64,000 bases of DNA from Polyangiaceae bacterium (GCA_046351395.1 JAXLYP010000017.1:129508-193507); one strand, 5' to 3'. Shown: positions 1-11,241, numbered from the stretch's first letter. Numbers and translations are program-made. The notes: generated by a model not told the origin, from the letters alone.

Positions 1-134
1 CGCTTCGGCCACGCCCCCACGGCGTACGCCCGCACCAGCGATTGAGCTCGTTTCCAGCTGCAAGAGTCATCGAGCGATCTCGGCCACCCGGGAGATGCGG
101 AAGACAGACTCTGCCTTGAGTTCGAGCGGCGTCC

Positions 135-1968
135 TCAGGGGCTCTTCTTCTGCTTCACGACGAACTGGACCCGGCGGTTCTTCTGGCGGCCTTCGTCGGT
201 GTCATTGTCTGCGATGGGGACGTCCATGCCGTAGCCCTTCGCCGTGAGACGCTTCTCGTCCACGCCCCGGTTCACGAGCGCGTTCTTCACGGTGATCGCG
301 CGCGCGTTCGAGAGCGTCGCGTTGTAGATCCGCCCGCCGCGATTGTCCGTGTGGCCCTGGACCTCGACGAGCGTGAGCTCGGGGTGGTCCTTCAGCACCT
401 TGGCGACCGCGTCGAGCAGCGCGCTCGAGACCGGCTTGATCGTCGCGCGGCCCGTGTCGAACTGGACCTGCTGCAGGATGACGATCTCGGTGTCCGTCAG
501 GATGACGTCCGACGGCGGGCACCCGCGCTTGGAAGGATCCGCGCTGTCGACGCCCTTCTCCTTCGGGCACGCGTCCACGTCGTCGCGGAAGCCGTCCCCG
601 TCCGTGTCGGGGGGGCAGCCGTTCTTCGCCGGATCGGGATCGGCGACGCCCGGGATCTGCGGGCACGCGTCCTTGTCGTCGGCGATGGTGTCGCCGTCCG
701 CGTCCCCCACCGGGCAGCCGTTCTTCTTCGGATCGGGGTCGGCCACGCCGGGGATCTTCGGGCACGCGTCCACGTCGTCGAGGATCGTGTCTTGGTCCGC
801 GTCGCGGATCGGGCACCCGTTCTTCTTCGGATCTGGATCGGCGATGCCGGCTTCGTCGGGGCACGCGTCGCCCGGATCGAGGATGCCGTCTTTGTCGCGG
901 TCGCCTGGAGGCGGGCAGCCGTTCTTCTTGGGATCCTCGCTCCTCTCGCCCTTGACCTTCGGACACGCGTCCGCGTCGTCGAGGATCCCGTCGCCGTCGG
1001 TGTCGAGCACGGGCGGCTTCGGCTCGGGCGTGTAGAAGAAGCTGAACACGCCGCGGAAGTCCGGCGTCCCGACGCCCGACGTGAAACCTGGACCGACACC
1101 GACGCCGACCTCGAGCGGGGAGACGAACCGGTACCTCACGCCCGCGAGCGCCTCGAAGTTCGTGCTCTGGTTCGTGATGTTCTCGACCGTCACGCCGCCC
1201 GTGGCCTCGAGGCCGATCTGGAAGTTGCGCGCCGAGCCGAGCAGCGCGCCGACCCCCGCGCCCCACACGAACTCGTGGCCGTGCGTGAGCGATGCGAACT
1301 CGCGCCGCCCCCGGAGCGTCGCCCCGGCCATGACCGAATAGATGAAGCGGTCCGCGCGCCCTCCGACCAGCAGGTGCGCTTGCCCTTTGGCGGTTCCGTT
1401 GCCGAGGAAGTCTCCCCCCGTCGCCGTCGGGATCCAGACATACCCGCCGACGCCGATCTGAAAGGGCGCGAAATAGTCTCCGAAGATGCGCACGCGCGCG
1501 CCCAGGCGGAGATCTCCGACGCCCGGCTCATTGGGCGATTGGAAGCCGCTCGCTCCGGTGAAACCACCGCCGCTCACGGCGCCGTCCCCTTGGTTGAGGA
1601 GCGCGAACGGCATATCCGCGTTGAGCTCGATCCGATCGAACAGAGAGAACGCGAGGTTCACGTGCAGGAACATCTGGTGCTCGACGATCGCGCCGATCAA
1701 CGTTCCATCGGCTGCGGCGAGGACGAGCGGATCGTGGGCGTAGTCGAGGACCACTCCTCCGTGGAACGCGACCTTCCCGGGCGCGTATGGCGAGGGGACG
1801 CCGAAGAAGCGATCCCCGGCGGGGGCCGGGTCGAACTCGGGGAGGTCGAGGTCTTGGCGGTCCTGTGCGAGCGACGTGGCCGGCGTGAGCGCCAGCGCTC
1901 CGACGAGCGACGCGAGGGTGTACGAACGTACCCGGCGGCTGACGGTCATCGGCGCCATCAGAGCATGT
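135..1968 (-). CDS. OmpA-family outer-membrane protein with N-terminal beta-barrel-like region, five thrombospondin type-3 (calcium-binding DxDxDGxxDxxD) repeats and C-terminal OmpA peptidoglycan-binding domain
   Basis: Translation has signal peptide MAPMTVSRRVRSYTLASLVGALALTPATSLAQD. Repeated DTDGDGILDDADACP / DKDGILDPGDACP / DADGDTIADDKDACP units. C-terminal TDNRGG...NxxLSxxRA...V motif typical of OmpA. ATG placed at 1968 (first Met followed by a signal peptide); the longer ORF to 2930 is read-through of the overlapping neighbour. Confidence 0.8.
560..1000. repeat. Tandem ~75-105 nt DNA repeats encoding thrombospondin type-3 calcium-binding motifs
   Basis: Recurrent gggcagccgttcttcttcggatcggggtcggc... 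units visible by eye, matching the repeated DPDPKKNGCP...D.D.DG peptide motif. Confidence 0.6.
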
Positions 1969-4641
1969 GCGGCGGGTCGGTCGTCAAGTCGACGACGCGC
2001 GTGTTCGTCTTGTTCCGGATGAGGGTGAACGCGAACCCGGGACCGCACGCGAACGAGGGCGGCTCCACCATGACCGACCCCACGTCGGCGAGGACGATCG
2101 GCTTCGGCGCTTGCCCCGGGGGACCGCGCCACAGAAACCACGCGTGGTTCTCCTCCTCGACCGCGAACTCCGTGACTCCGTCGCTGCACCCACCCCAGCC
2201 GGTCGCGGAGACGGTGTTCGGGATCTCCACGCACCCCCCCGACGGCGGACAGCGGAGGCGGCCCGAGAACGTGATGCCCGCTTCGTCGCACGCGACGTCG
2301 AGGTAGCCGCCTACCGGGAGCGTGCGCAGCGTGGGCGCGTCCTCGGCGCGCCACGTCACGAGGCCGCTCCGCGACTCGAGGCTCGTGTCGTAGAGGTAGA
2401 GGTAGGTCGTGTCTCCGGAGCGACAGCCTGCGTCGAGATCCAGGTATCCGTCGAGTTCGCCGAGCTCGCGGGCCGGTGCGTCCAGCGGCTCGTCGTAGAC
2501 ATGGAGCGGAGTCGTGTTCGCCGGGATCGGCGCGTCCGGATCGCTGGGCTTCTTGAGGGGCATCCGGCCCATCAAGAGCGTCTTGTCCCACGCGACCCAG
2601 ACGCGTGGATCGTCCCAGTCGCTCGTTCTGACGCGCCGCTCGACGACCTCCTCCCCGCCCTGCGCGATGCGCGTGATCGCGACCTCGCCGCGCTTCGATC
2701 CCCGCGGACGAAGCGCGGCTCGTCCCGGCCCGCGTGGGTGCCCTGCCAGAGGTCCGGGAGGTCGAGGATCGGCCGCTCCGGACCGACGCGCGGCAGAAGC
2801 GCGAGCCCGTGATCCGTCGCGACCAGGACAACGTCGCCGAGCGGCGGTGACGACACCACGGCTCCGATGCTCCCTTTCGGGGCGCTATACGTCGCGCAGT
2901 CCATCCCCGCCTTTGAGAAATCACAGACAATCATCGAGCGGGTCGTGCGGAACGTCCGCCGTCGGATGCCCCCTCCGCGGAGCTTCGTCGTGCCGAGATC
3001 GTCCGACGCGTTGGCGCTGATCGGCTGACTCCCGGGGGCCTCCATGTCCAGCGCCGCCGTCGTGAGCTGCGGCGGTGTGAGCTTGGGATCCACCTTGCCG
3101 CCGTCGAGCCCGAGCCCCGAGCTCCCGTCGAGCGCGTTCTCGAGCGCTGCTGCTACGCCCTCGTTTGGAATGTCTGCGGGACGGGCGAGCGCGTCCATTT
3201 GCTTCGCGAAGCTCTGCGCGTGCGTGCTCGCGCGGTCGACGAGGTCGGCAACGACGCGCGCATAGCGCACGCAGCCGAGGAGGTCGCTCTTCGCCTCGCT
3301 CGACGGCAGCGGCGCCCCCCTCCGCGCTCCCTCGAGGCGGTTCAGCGTCTTCTGGAGGTCCAAGCGGCGTCGCAGCTCGCTCACCGCCTCGTCCTTCTCG
3401 GGGACCTTGCCGAGCGCGCACGCGAGGAAGCTCGCCCACGCGTCTCGGCGTGCCCGATCGGTCGTGTGTCCCTCGTACCAAAGCGCGAACGACACGCCGG
3501 CGACCACGAGCGCGGGGATCACGGAGAGCTTGAGGAAGAGGCGGAGGCGCTTGGCTCGCTCCTCTCGGTAACGAGCCTCCGCCCCGCGGACCTCCGCGTC
3601 GACGTCCGCGCCTTGGAGGCGAGCGGTGCTCGTGGGCCCCAGGGTCTCCGAGGCGGCGGCCGTTCGGGCCGCGCTCTCGGGGGCTCCGCTCGCGGACTCG
3701 GCGGCGGGGCGAGGCGGGGGGGCCGTCGGCTCCGACGCGGACGCCTCGGGGATGACGAGGGGGGTACGCCGAGTCACGCCGAGCGCCGCGGCGAGCGCGG
3801 TCACGGCGCCTCCGGCGGTCGCGAACCGAGCCTCGGGATCTCGGTTCACGCAGCGCACGAAGAAATCGTCGAACGCGTCCCCGGCGTGGTCGAACAGGGG
3901 CACCACGGCGCCCTGCTCTCGCGCGCGCTCGCTCGCCTTCGCGAGGTCGTCCGCGACGAGCTCTTTCATGATCGCGAACGCGGATTCGCCCAGCCAATAC
4001 GGGGTCCCCACGAGCGCTCGATAGGCGATGAGTCCGAGCGGCCAAATGTCTGCGCGCGGCCCGACCGCGGCCCGGCCGTCGCCCTGTTCGGGCGCCATGT
4101 ATGCGATCGTCCCGCCCGCCGTCGTCCCCGTGTGCGTCGCCTGCTCGAGGATCTTCGCGATCCCGAAGTCGAGCACCTTCACCACGTTGGGGCGACCGGG
4201 GCGCGCCTGGATGAACAGGTTCTCCGGCTTGATGTCTCGGTGCACCACGCCCTTCGCGTGTGCGCTGTCGAGCGCCTCGGCGGTCTGCCGAAGGACCTCG
4301 ACGAGCGTCTCGGGCTCGAGCGTGCGCACTCGATCCAGGATCTGCCCGAGGTCCCGGCCGGACAGATATTCCATGACGAGCCAGGGAGAGCCCGCCTCGT
4401 CCCGCCCCGCGTCGAGGACGTCGACGATGTGGGTCGCGTCCTCGATGCGCGCGCCGATCTGGGCCTCCTGCAGGAACCGCTCGACCGTCGTCGGATCCGT
4501 GAGGAGGTGAGGCAGCACGATCTTGAGCGCGCCGCGCTTCTTCGTGCGGCGGTGGTGGACGACGTACACCTCGCCCATGCCGCCCGACCCGAGCAAACGC
4601 TCGACGACGTACTTGTCGAAGCTGTCGCCAGGCCGCAGCAC
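1958..4641 (-). CDS. Receptor-like Ser/Thr protein kinase (N-terminal kinase domain, Pro/Ala-rich linker, one TM helix, Cys-rich periplasmic C-terminal domain); frame disrupted once near 2700
   Basis: MLRPGDSFDKYVVERLLGSGGMGEVY... HRDIKPENL, DFG, APE motifs. TM segment LFLKLSVIPALVVAGVSFALWY. The C-terminal ~205 aa lie in a different frame (ORF 1958..2575) and are homologous to the C-terminus of the paralogue at 4764..7524 (WDKTLL/WDKMIL, TTYLYLY/ATYVYIG, CGPGFAF/CGQGFAY, DPPHML/DPPTFR). The switch maps to a GGGG run near 2693-2715. Confidence 0.75.
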
Positions 4642-4763
4642 CGGAAGAACGTAGGGGGATCGCTCCTCTCGGAGAAGAGAATCCTCGCGCTGGACCGGAC
4701 GACGTCAGCCCTCGTGGTGGCTCCGGAGCGAACGCGACGGGAGACTCGCGAGAACGACCCGCG

Positions 4764-7524
4764 TCACCGGAACGTCGGCGGATCCGTCTCCAGGTCCAAG
4801 ACGCGCGCGGACGTCCCCATCGAGAGGACGGCATAGGCGAACCCTTGTCCGCACACGAGCTCGGTGGATTTCAGGCCGCGCGCGTCCAGATCCAGGAGCA
4901 GCGTCGTCTTCCGGTCGGACGGCGCGCTGTCCGGCGCGACGTTCAAGAGCAGCGCGTCGTCCACGGTCTCGATCCCGAACGTACGCTTCCCGTCGCTGCA
5001 TCCGGAGTCGACGCGCTCCGTCGAGAACGAACAATCCCCCTCGGGCGGGCAGGTCAATCGATCGAGCCCGTAGTGCAGGACGAGCCCCGCCTCGCTGCAC
5101 GTCGGCGGGTTCGCGTCCGTCGTGTGCAGGTTGATCTTGCGGAGCGTCGGCGCCTTGCCTTCGAGCCACGTGATGACCCACGCGTCCCCGGTGATGTAGT
5201 CGGCCTCGTCCCCGATGTAGACATACGTCGCGTTCGGGGCCTTGCACGCCTGTTGTCCGCGGAGGTTCGCGTTGTTCTTGAGGCGCGCGATCTTCTTTTT
5301 CGCGCCGTTCGGCTGCACGTCGAAGAGCGTGGGCCACGCCTCCTCGGCGGGGATGTCCCCACCCGTCTCGGCGGCGACGAGGATCATCTTGTCCCAGAAC
5401 AGCCGAAGGGACGGGTAGCGGAGATCCTTCACGTCGACCGTGACGTCGAGCGTGGGGTTCGGTCCCCAGGTGTAGACCTCGATGGTGTCCGGCTTCGTTC
5501 CCTCCTTCGTGTACCGAGGCGCGGCCTCCCCCGATTGGAACGCCGTCATCGCGCTCACGAACTTCGAGCCCTGCGCCGTCGACACTTCGAACCCGCCGGC
5601 TCCGCTTCGAAACAGCATCGAATCGCCGAGCGGCGGGGCTGCATCGGGGGCCGTGGAGGTGCGCATCCCAACAAACTTCTTGCACTTGAATGGGTTCGCT
5701 GGCCCCGCCAAGAAGTCGCACACGACGAAGTCGTCCTTGATGCGCCACGTTCGCCTCGCGACGCCGGACGCGCCGTAGCGCAGGCGGCCGATCGGCATCG
5801 AGCCCGCGCCGATCGGCACCTCGGAGCCCCCGCCGAGCTCGATCGCCGGCTCGACGATGGGCGGCTTGGGAGCGGCAGGATCCGCCGTGCCGGGGACGAG
5901 CTTGAGGTTGTTCCCGGCGGCCCACAGCGTGTCGAGCTGCTCGCCGAGGGCTCTTCCCGTCGCCGCCTCCGCGGGGTGCGCGAAGCGGCCCATCTGTTTG
6001 ATGAACTCGGCGTTCTTCGCTTCGCCGCGATCCAGCGAGTCGAGGATCGTCTGCGCGTACGTCGCGCACGGCTTGAGCTCGTTGGTCGGCTTGGGCGCCT
6101 TTCCGTCCTTCTCCTTGTCTTTGTCCGCGACGAGCTTCGCGAGCTCGATCTTTCGCCGGAGCTCGTTCGGTGGGTGCTGATCGTCCGGGATACGACCCAC
6201 GGTGCACATCTGGAAGCTCGCCCACGCGTCCTTGAGCCGGTTCTCGGTCTGGCGCCCATCCCACCAGAAGCCGATCACGAGCCCGGTGACCACGAGGACT
6301 GGCACGAGCGCGAGCAGGCCGACGAGCTTCAGCTGCCGCCGTCGCGTCGCCGCGTAGCGCGCCTCGGCGCCCTTCAGCTCCGCCTCGAGATCGGCGGGTG
6401 ATTGCGCCGTCGTGGAGGCCTTGGCGGCGCCCCGGTTCGAGGGCGCCGCGGGATCGCCCTCTTGGGCTCCTCCGCGGGCTCCTTCGCTTTCGCCGCAGCG
6501 ACCGCCGCCTCGGCGTGATCGGCGCTGTTGCTGAGGTGCGGTGGGGTCGGGCCTTCTCCGCTCGCGCGCTCCGTGGGGGCGGAGGCCTCGACGATGGCGG
6601 GCGCCGCGCTGCGCGCGGCGCGGGGTTCGGGATCTCGACGATGGAGGCGAGGGCCCCGCGCTCGGGATCGATCTCGACCTCGAGCGCGCGCGCGAGCTCC
6701 TCCACGGCCTCACCCGCGGACGCGATGCGGATGCTCGGATCGCGCGCGACGCACCGGAGGAAGAACATGTCGAACGCGTTCGAGAGCTCGACGCCCTTGT
6801 TGCGCGCGCGCTCCGACGCGCGGGGGATCGGCTCGGAGACGAGCTCCTTCATGATCGCGAAGCTCGTCTCGCCCTGCCAGAACGTGGAGCCGACGAGACC
6901 TCGGTACGCGATGAGCCCGAGCGGCCAGACGTCCGTCGCGGGGCCGATCTTCGCCTTCCGATCGCCCTGCTCCGGCGCCATGTACGTGATCGTCCCGCCC
7001 GCCATCGTCCCGCTCTGCGTCGCCTGTTCGATGATCTTCGCGATACCGAAGTCGAGGACCTTCACGACGGGGTTCTTGCCCGGCTTCTCCACGACGAAGA
7101 TGTTCTCGGGTTTGATGTCGCGGTGGACGACCCCGGCCTTGTGCGCGGCGTCCAGGGCGATCGCCGTCTGCCGCAGGAGCTCGACGAGGATCTTCGGCTC
7201 GAGCGTGCGGTTCTGGGAGAGGATCTGGCCGAGATCGCGGCCCTGGAGGTACTCCATCACGAGGAACGGCGAGCCCTCCGGATCGACCCCGGCGTCGATG
7301 ACGTCGACGATGTGATCGCAGTCCTCGATGCGCGAGCCGACCTGCGCCTCCCGGAAGAAGCGCTCGATGAGGACCTTCTCCGCGCAGAGGTGGGGAAGGA
7401 TCCGCTTCAGCGCGAGGCGCTTCTTCGTGTGCGCGTGCCGGACGACGTAGACTTCACCCATCCCCCCGCTCTTGAGGAGGTTCTCGACCTCGTATTTGTC
7501 GAATGTGTCCCCGGGCTTGAACAT
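4764..7524 (-). CDS. Receptor-like Ser/Thr protein kinase, tandem paralogue of 1958..4641; reading frame changes in the linker between kinase domain and TM helix (about 6440-6640)
   Basis: MFKPGDTFDKYEVENLLKSGGMGEVYVV... in the frame ending at 7524. The TM and periplasmic domain (KLVGLLALVPVLVVTGLVIGFWW ... CGQGFAYAVLSMGTSARVLDLETDPPTFR) are in the frame of ORF 4764..6713. A third frame reads a protein-like linker AIVEASAPTERASGEGPTPPHLSNSADHAEAAVAAAKAKEPAEEP between them. An 11-nt direct repeat ccatcgtcgag occurs twice, 47 nt apart, at the first junction. Confidence 0.75.
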
Positions 7525-7764
7525 CGCGGGCGGATCCTAGTGCACCGGCCGGTTTGAATCACCGGTGGATTCGCGAGAGTTTGGGCGGGAGGCGCGCGCC
7601 CGACGCGCGCACCGGGAGACGGCTGCTGACAATCTGAGGAGCACAGCGACGAGGCCGTGTGGATCGCACCTCAAATCGCGTGAATATCCCGTGATTCAGA
7701 CCGGTCGGTGCTCTCGTCGAGGGAGGGCGAACCTCGAGCGAAGATCCAAGCCCTCCGCGCGATC

Positions 7765-10218
7765 TCACGCCTTGATGCGCTTCATCTCCGGATCGTAGAG
7801 GGGCTTCATGGACACCCGCGCGGGCCAATGTCTGTCCGCGATCTCGATCGTCCACTCGCCGGACTCGAGGTACTTCCCGTCGATCGGTACGTCGGCGTGC
7901 ACCATCACGAGGCCGACGGCGCCGCCCAGCGTGTGGCCGTACGACGCGGCGCGCACGTAGCCCGCGGTCTTTCCGTTGCGGCGCAGCACCTCGCCGTGGA
8001 ACAACATCGGCTCGGGGTCGAGGACGAGCACCTGGAGGAGCCGCTTCTTCAGCGGGCCCTCCGCCTTCTTCGCGAGGACCGCGTCTTTGCCGATGAAGCC
8101 CCCCGCCTTCTTCAGATCGACCGCGAACCCGAGGCCCGCCTCGAGGACGGAGTCGGTGTTGTCGATGTCGTGCCCGTAGTCGCGGTACCCCTTCTCCATG
8201 CGGAGGCTCGCGAGCGCCTTCAACCCCGCGTGTCGGAGGCCGAGCGGCCCACCGGCGGCGACGATGCGCTCGTACACGTGCATCGCCTGAGGCGCCGGCA
8301 CGTAGAGCTCGTACCCGAGCTCGCCGAGGTACGTGATGCGGACACAGAGCGCGCGCGCGTAGCCGATCGCGATCTCGCGCGCGGCGCGGAACGGGAACCG
8401 CTCGTTCGACATGTCCTCGTCCGTGATCGCCGAGAGGAGCTCGCGCGAGCGCGGACCCTGCACGTTGATCTGCGCGTACCCGTTCGTCTGATCCGAGACG
8501 TGCGCGTCCGTGCCCTTGAAATGGCGCCGCATCCACGTCTCCACGTGCCGGTACGCGGTGTCCGAGGCGACGACCCAGTAGCGGCCCTCGTCGAGCTTGG
8601 TGACGGTGAGATCCGCCTCCAGCGTGCCGCGCGCGTTGAGCCACTGGGTGTACGTGATCATCCCGGGCTCGCCGTCGACGTGGTTCGCGGAGATCGTGTT
8701 CAACATGCGCCCCGCGTCGTCGCCCTCGACGAGGAACTTCGCCATGAACGACATATCCATCAGGATGACGCCCTCGCGCGTCGCGTCGTGCTCGGCCTTC
8801 CAATAGGGGAACCAGTTTTGTCTGCCCCACGAGAGCGCCTCCACCACGGGAGCGACGCCCTCGGGGGCGTACCAGTCGGCGCCCTCCCAGCCGCTCACGT
8901 CTCGGAAGTAGGCTCCCTTCGCGGCGAGCGGCGCGTGGATCGGGGAGAGCTTCGCGCCGCGCGCGGTCTGCATGGAGCGCGTGGGGTAGTGGCACTGGTA
9001 GACCATGCCGAGGGACTCGACGGTGCGGGTTCGCCGATAGTCCGGGTTCGACTGGTACGTCTGGAGCCGGTCGATGTTGAACCCCGTGACGTCGACGCCC
9101 GGATCCCCCGTCAGGATCCAGTTCGCCAGGACGCGCCCCATCCCCCCGCCCGTGAGGATCCCGATCGAGTTCATCCCCGCCGCGACGAAGTAGTTCTTGA
9201 GCTCGGGCGCCTCGCCCACGATCGGCGCGAGATCCGCGGTGAAGCTCTCGGGGCCGCAGAAGAACTTGCGCACGCCCACCTCGAGCGAGATCGGGACGCG
9301 CGCCATCGCCTTCTCGAGGTAGGGCGCCATGCGCTCCCAGTCGGGTTGGATCTCGCCGAACGCGAAGTCCTCGGGGATCCCGCCCACGTTCCAGGGCGCG
9401 CAGATCGGCTCGAAGAGGCCAATCATGAGCCCCTCGACCTCCTCGCGGAGGTAACAGTAGCTGCCGGGATCCTCGAGCACGGGCCACGACGGGTCGAGTC
9501 CGGGGACTTTGTCCGTGATCAGATAGTAGTGCTCCGCGGCCTGCAGCGGGGCGTTCACGCCGGCCATCGCCGCGAGCTCGCGGCCCCACATCCCGCCGCA
9601 GTTCACGACGAACTCGCACTGGATGTCTCCGAACGGAGTGGACACTCCCTTCACGGCGCCGCGCGACTTCAGGATGCCGGTGACGGGGACGCCCTCGATG
9701 ATCTTCGCGCCCTTTTGCCGTGCGCCCTTCGCGAGGGACATCGTCAAATCGACGGGGTTCGCGCGCCCGTCCTCCTTCACGTAGAAGCCGGCGAGGAGAT
9801 CGTCCGTCTTCGCGAGCGGGAAGAGCTCCTTGATCTGGGTCGGTGAGATCTCGTGGACGTCGACGCCGCAGTAGCGGTTGAACGCGGAGACGCGCCGGTA
9901 CTCCTCGAGGCGGTCTCGGTCCCCGGCCGCCTCGATGAACCCAACGGGCTTGAACCCCGTGGCGAGGCCCGTCTCGGCCTCGAGGCGCGCGTACAGATCG
10001 CGCGTGTATTTCCGCATCTCCGTGGAGGTCTCGGAGAACGAGCCGAACGTGACGATGAGGCCCGCGGAGTGCCACGTCGTCCCCGCGGTGAGCTGGGCGC
10101 GCTCGAGGAGGACGACGTCGCAGCCCATGTGCGCGAGGTGGTACGCGACGGAGGTTCCGATCACGCCGCCGCCGATGACGACGACGCGGGCCTGGGTCGG
10201 GAGGGTGGGGGGGCTCAT
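7765..10218 (-). CDS. Dimethylglycine/sarcosine dehydrogenase family protein (N-terminal FAD-dependent oxidoreductase domain fused to C-terminal GcvT-like folate-binding aminomethyltransferase domain)
   Basis: MSPPTLPTQARVVVIGGGVIGTSVAYHLAHMG dinucleotide-binding motif. About 818 aa with DAO-like and GcvT-like regions (YGHTLGGAVGLVMV...). ATG at 10218; the upstream in-frame extension is R-rich and implausible. Confidence 0.85.
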   Translation of the reverse strand: MSPPTLPTQARVVVIGGGVIGTSVAYHLAHMGCDVVLLERAQLTAGTTWHSAGLIVTFGSFSETSTEMRKYTRDLYARLEAETGLATGFKPVGFIEAAGDRDRLEEYRRVSAFNRYCGVDVHEISPTQIKELFPLAKTDDLLAGFYVKEDGRANPVDLTMSLAKGARQKGAKIIEGVPVTGILKSRGAVKGVSTPFGDIQCEFVVNCGGMWGRELAAMAGVNAPLQAAEHYYLITDKVPGLDPSWPVLEDPGSYCYLREEVEGLMIGLFEPICAPWNVGGIPEDFAFGEIQPDWERMAPYLEKAMARVPISLEVGVRKFFCGPESFTADLAPIVGEAPELKNYFVAAGMNSIGILTGGGMGRVLANWILTGDPGVDVTGFNIDRLQTYQSNPDYRRTRTVESLGMVYQCHYPTRSMQTARGAKLSPIHAPLAAKGAYFRDVSGWEGADWYAPEGVAPVVEALSWGRQNWFPYWKAEHDATREGVILMDMSFMAKFLVEGDDAGRMLNTISANHVDGEPGMITYTQWLNARGTLEADLTVTKLDEGRYWVVASDTAYRHVETWMRRHFKGTDAHVSDQTNGYAQINVQGPRSRELLSAITDEDMSNERFPFRAAREIAIGYARALCVRITYLGELGYELYVPAPQAMHVYERIVAAGGPLGLRHAGLKALASLRMEKGYRDYGHDIDNTDSVLEAGLGFAVDLKKAGGFIGKDAVLAKKAEGPLKKRLLQVLVLDPEPMLFHGEVLRRNGKTAGYVRAASYGHTLGGAVGLVMVHADVPIDGKYLESGEWTIEIADRHWPARVSMKPLYDPEMKRIKA

Positions 10219-10296
10219 GGTGCGCCCGCTTCTACCATCGTCGCGCCGCGATCGGGGCGTTGACGCCCGCGCGTCACGCGGTGACCGGGACGGCCG

Positions 10297-11241
10297 GTGA
10301 CCCACGCGGGGGAGGACGAGCTCGACTGGATCGCGGCGTGCGCGGGCGCGACCGCGGTGTCACGGCGCGAGCACGTCCAGACGCTTTGGGGCGGGTACGG
10401 GGCGCTCTTTCGCGTGCAGCTCGAGGGAGGTGCTCGACCGACGGCGATCGTCAAGCGCGTCGACCCGCCCCTCGGCGCGGGCGCGTCCCGCTCGGACGAA
10501 CGGAAGCGGCGCTCCTACGAGGTGGAGTCCACGTTCTATCGGCGATACGCGGCGCGCTGCGGGGCGACCTGTCGAGTCGCGGAGCTCCTCGGGAGCGCGC
10601 GCCGAGGCGAGGGCTGGCTCCTCGTGCTCGAGGACCTCGAGCCCGCGCGGATCGAGCCGCGAACGCGGTGGCGCGGCGATCGCGGGCCCCTCGTCGAGCG
10701 TTGTCTCGCGTGGCTCGCCGCGTTCCACGCGACCTTCCTCGGGGTCGAGCCCGAAGGGCTCTGGGCGGTCGGAACCTACTGGCACCTCGCGACGCGCCCC
10801 GAGGAGCTCGCCGCGATCGAGGACGTCGCCCTCCGCGAGGCCGCGCCGGTCCTCGACGGTCGGCTCGACGCCGCTCGGTACAAGACGTTGGTGCACGGCG
10901 ACGCGAAGGAGGCGAACTATTGCCTCGCGTCGAGCCCGCTCGCGGCCGTGGACTTCCAATACGTCGGCGGGGGCGTCGGCGTGAAGGACGTCGCGTACCT
11001 CCTCCACGGAAACGTCCACAGCGCGGGCGACGAGGCGAGGTTCCTCGACCTCTACTTCACCCTGCTCCGCGGCGAGCTCGAGGCGCGTGGCGTCGACGAC
11101 GCGGCCGCCGTGGAGGCCGAATGGCGCGCGCTCTACCGCGTCGCGGAGGCGGATTTCCTCCGCTTCCTCGCGGGCTGGGGCGCGGGGCCGGGGAGGCATG
11201 CGGCGACGCGCCTCTTCCGCGACGCGCTCCGTAGGCTCTGA
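10297..11241 (+). CDS. Phosphotransferase-family protein (aminoglycoside/choline-kinase-like APH fold)
   Basis: Brenner motif LVHGDAKEANY and downstream D-containing motif (VDFQYVGGGVGVKDVAY). 314 aa. Divergent from the DMGDH-family gene with a 78-bp spacer. Confidence 0.75.
   Translation: MTHAGEDELDWIAACAGATAVSRREHVQTLWGGYGALFRVQLEGGARPTAIVKRVDPPLGAGASRSDERKRRSYEVESTFYRRYAARCGATCRVAELLGSARRGEGWLLVLEDLEPARIEPRTRWRGDRGPLVERCLAWLAAFHATFLGVEPEGLWAVGTYWHLATRPEELAAIEDVALREAAPVLDGRLDAARYKTLVHGDAKEANYCLASSPLAAVDFQYVGGGVGVKDVAYLLHGNVHSAGDEARFLDLYFTLLRGELEARGVDDAAAVEAEWRALYRVAEADFLRFLAGWGAGPGRHAATRLFRDALRRL

Noticed and set aside
351-2306. 651-aa plus-strand ORF (and 202..1266, 343..1035, 497..1099)
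   Set aside because: Antisense to the OmpA/TSP3 gene. Arg/Ala/Val-rich low-complexity translation typical of wrong-frame ORFs in ~70% GC DNA.
2921-4834. 637-aa minus-strand ORF and 3199..4836 plus-strand 545-aa ORF
   Set aside because: Alternative frames or antisense of kinase 1. R/G/P-rich composition, no motifs.
7559-10075. 838-aa minus ORF and 7708..9846 plus 712-aa ORF
   Set aside because: Overlap the clearly real DMGDH-family gene in other frames. R-rich nonsense.
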